A stretch of DNA of 44,462 nt from Desulfobacterales bacterium (GTDB taxonomy: Bacteria; Desulfobacterota; Desulfobacteria; Desulfobacterales; JAHEIW01). How positions within the stretch are numbered: position 1 is the first letter of the stretch; every line of letters begins with the position of its first letter. Location of the stretch: assembly GCA_050122795.1 (NCBI GenBank), contig JASFIG010000002.1, positions 1 through 44,462 on the forward strand. The letters are read 5' to 3'. This document shows, piece by piece, positions 41,801-44,462 of the stretch. The notes beneath the pieces were generated by a model. That model made no database searches. It saw nothing but the letters and a program-made list of their open reading frames with translations, and was not told the DNA's origin. The translations under genes and the position numbers were made by a program.

Positions 41801-43537
41801 CGAGACGCTGGCCACACTTGGATTGCCGGAAGCGGCGGAGTAGCCGGGTGCGCCACCGCTGATAGCAACAGTGGCCGTCTGACCTGGGTAAAAGCTCACA
41901 TTCTCCGGAGAAGCCGCAAGCGGCTGGGTAACGACAACATCGATATATGTACTGGCGCCAAAATCATCCATAACCGTGATCGTTGCGCCCCCGGCACCCA
42001 CCGCTGTTACGGATAATGTATCGTTGCTCAGCGTGACAGTTGCAACCGAAGGGTCTGAACTAGACACCGTGTAAGGACTGGTGCCACCGTAAATTATAGC
42101 ACCTTGTATGTCTCCCACACTGAGGTCCATGGTGCCGGGGTTAACCGACAGCTCGGTGGGCCCCCCTGGGCCGAACGCCAAAAAGGCGTTCAGGTAAGCA
42201 GCGCTGGCTGCATCCTCATAGTTGATGGTCCATCCGCTGGGATCAAAGTAGGACAGCGTCGACCGCCAATCGATGCTGCCTCCGGCTGAATATGCCGACA
42301 TAAATTGGCTGTTGGTCACCCGATTGTGCGTATTCGTCAAATCGGCCGCGTTTTGATCATGTTGCATGATCGCAAATGTGTCGGTTCCATCTGAAAATCC
42401 AATGGTCATTGAACAACCGGCGGTATTCGTATTGGGGCTGGTAACCGCAGCACTGCCGATACCCAATAAAAATATGGGTTCAAACCCTGCATTACTTTCC
42501 ACATCGTCCCCTGTTGTCGTCCGGGCGGTTCTGGCAGTCGAGTACACGTTTGGCTCTGTTCCCAGTTTGAGCGCCAAATACCCCATGAAATACTCATTGG
42601 GGGCATCTTTCAAGCGCGTGGTGACACTAAAACCGTCTGAATCAAAATTACCGATTTCATACCCCGCATCATCAGCACCGTCATAGTGCGCGGTACCCGC
42701 ACGGGTATCATCAAAGCGCGCGTATGTCATAGCGGTACCCTCATTATCTCGACTGGCTACCATCATGCTATACTGGTTGTTGTTGGCCTGACGGGCAGGA
42801 TTGAGCGCCCATCCCAGTGAAAAGCTATGGTCATCATTGATCGGGTCGCCATCCACATTTAAAAATTGTCCAATATAGGATGTGATAACCACATCGGGCT
42901 CAAATCCCGGATAGTTGACATCTACTGATGTGTCTTTCGTATAGGCCAGATCGACGGTGTCCACATCCACTAGAAGATCATCACCGCCCAAAGCGATGTA
43001 GCTTACAATCGGATTTGCCGGCTCGATAAATTCAGTTATAATATCAATGGTAAAACCGTCAGCATCCATGCTGACATGGCGCGCTTCCCCTTCCACCAAT
43101 TGGTTTTGATGGGCTTCATGAGTCGCCAGCACCCGGTCACTAAATCCCCGGCGGCCAACATCGCTCGTTCCCTGACTGTCCTCTGAACCAGATGCCATGC
43201 AAAACTGCCTAACATCATCGGTCATCCCAATAGAAAGGATGCTACCCCTGCCGTTAGAATCCGTATCAGGCGTGCTGTTTTTGGTATAGAAAAGGATATA
43301 GGCTTTGGGTCGAAAGCCGACACCGGTTATGGTCTGGGTTCCGGTACCTGAATTTACGATAAAGCTCCCTGCTTTGGCCTCAAGCTGAGCATGAGCGGCA
43401 TGCGGCAGGCCCATAAGACAAAAGGCAGTCAGCGATGCAATTGCCAGCACGTGTACGCTTTTTTCATAAAAGGTCTTAAGCCAACATAAGGCCAGAAAAC
43501 CGTTAATGTATTTATATAAAATTTCTGTTGGTTTCAT
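38816..43537 (-). CDS. pilY1: giant PilY1-like type IV pilus tip adhesin (triple N-terminal repeat, two Ig-like domains, vWA domain, C-terminal PilY1/PilC beta-propeller)
   Basis: 1573 aa. The signal-like N-terminus ends in [19 protein letters not shown] is the vWA MIDAS DxSxS. [27 protein letters not shown] and [12 protein letters not shown] are PilY1 propeller motifs. The gene lies directly downstream of minor-pilin genes. Confidence 0.8.
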   Translation of the reverse strand: [1573 protein letters not shown]

Positions 43538-43541
43538 AATT

Positions 43542-44099
43542 CTAGCTCCCTATATTTTCGATTTTGCCGGCGGTAACCGTAATCTGAGACACAGCAGCTT
43601 CAATCCGCGCAGGTACAGAGGCGGTTGATGTTATCTGATAATTGTACCTTAAAAACATTGTGGGATCCCAACCAGGCGCAATGCCAGCGCCGAAATAAAC
43701 AGCCGTTGCGCCATATTGAAAATCCGATTTACTATCAGAAAACGGTAGCATATCGGGTGAGCCCGCTTTGGCTGTCGTAAAAAGGATGTATTCATCAAGC
43801 TCGTCGGTCAATCCATCACCATCGTTATCAGTGCTATCCTCTCCATCGCTTTTATCGGATCCGAGGTCGACTGTCGGAAGCGGATATTGATCATCAAGCC
43901 AATCGGTCATTACATGCCACCCGCTTTCAGCCGTGAAAAAAGCCATTTTATGCAATTGCATATTAGTGGTTATGTTTAATTCTGAATTGCTCATAGTGGT
44001 GGCCGAAATACCAATTATCGTAAGCAGCACTAAAATCAACAGGGCTGCTACCATTACAGATCCATCATCTGTATTGAAGGTGGCTTTTATTTGAATCAT
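43542..44099 (-). CDS. PilX-like type IV pilus minor pilin/assembly protein
   Basis: Start set at MIQIKATFNTDDGSVMVAALLILVLLTIIGISATTMSNSELNITTN (AGGGAGA SD). It has the PilX N-terminal hydrophobic segment and an acidic DNDGDGLTDELDEY calcium-binding-like loop. Confidence 0.7.
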   Translation of the reverse strand: MIQIKATFNTDDGSVMVAALLILVLLTIIGISATTMSNSELNITTNMQLHKMAFFTAESGWHVMTDWLDDQYPLPTVDLGSDKSDGEDSTDNDGDGLTDELDEYILFTTAKAGSPDMLPFSDSKSDFQYGATAVYFGAGIAPGWDPTMFLRYNYQITSTASVPARIEAAVSQITVTAGKIENIGS

Positions 44100-44206
44100 T
44101 TGTTTTTTCTCCCTTTGCCATTGGCCATACGGTTTTAATCGATATTTTCCAACAATCTTCTTGGCTCCAGGTCTCAAGCGTTTCAGGAGCGCTTAAAATT
44201 TTGGCG

Positions 44207-44462
44207 CTAAATATTTGCTCTTATAAAATCAAGGCTTACCTCATTTTCCTTTTGATCAAAGTTTCCGCATCCTGTTTCTTCGTCTGTCCAGCGCACCGAA
44301 AGTATTATGGTTTTCGTACTCGGTATCGGTGTATCTTCAATAGCCGACCACTGTAAGCAGTAAATATTGTTTGCAGATGCGTCCGATTGAGTATCAGTAC
44401 TTAGTAAAGGATCATTATAATCTGCTAATGACATCAGCTCCTCTACTTTTTCAGAAGCCAAC
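44207..44462 (-). CDS. type IV pilus minor pilin (PilV/PilW-like), C-terminal fragment; gene continues beyond the window end
   Basis: The reading frame is open to the window edge. TIILSVRWTDEE...VSLDFIRANI resembles minor-pilin C-termini, and it sits upstream of the pilX/pilY1-like genes. Confidence 0.5.
   Translation of the reverse strand, partial: LASEKVEELMSLADYNDPLLSTDTQSDASANNIYCLQWSAIEDTPIPSTKTIILSVRWTDEETGCGNFDQKENEVSLDFIRANI

Overview
The gene content suggests a chromosomal segment from an anaerobic, selenocysteine-using deltaproteobacterium, Desulfobacterales-like; the taxon is inference only. About 35 genes are supported.

Gene blocks, in order:
- (1) A NuoE / DRTGG / NuoF-like cluster, followed by a membrane-anchored RnfB-ferredoxin-GltD fusion and rseC.
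- (2) Housekeeping genes: clpS, an HU protein, a PilZ protein, tag, a GT4 glycosyltransferase and a rubrerythrin-like protein.
- (3) Two tandem paralogous Cys-rich GcvH-fold proteins behind a textbook sigma-54 promoter. They converge on a sensor kinase / sigma-54 activator / archaemetzincin operon.
- (4) A giant hdrA-like fusion, then mvhD, metV and metF (a Wood-Ljungdahl-type methylene-THF reductase module), with no hdrBC.
- (5) A FadR-type TetR regulator, acyl-CoA dehydrogenase, membrane CCG Fe-S oxidoreductase, etfB and etfA.
- (6) An MFP/RND efflux pair split by an inserted four-helix-bundle gene.
- (7) A pilY1-like giant adhesin with minor pilins.

Three points are missed by the ORF track:
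- (a) Three genes (rnfB-gltD, hdrA, mvhD) carry in-frame TGA codons exactly where conserved Fe-S-motif cysteines are expected. Each is followed by a GC-rich hairpin, so I read them as selenocysteine, and the true CDSs start upstream of the tracked ORFs.
- (b) At least nine intergenic sites, almost all inside operons, are built from degenerate tandem heptamers. Each locus uses its own word, usually followed by the reverse-complement word, giving long imperfect hairpins. One such pair brackets the four-helix-bundle (23S rRNA IVS protein / Avd family) gene.
- (c) The GcvH-fold pair lacks the lipoyl-lysine and carries a duplicated C-x12-C-x5-C-x2-C module.

Nothing here was checked against databases. 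All calls come from reading the sequence and from remembered family motifs.
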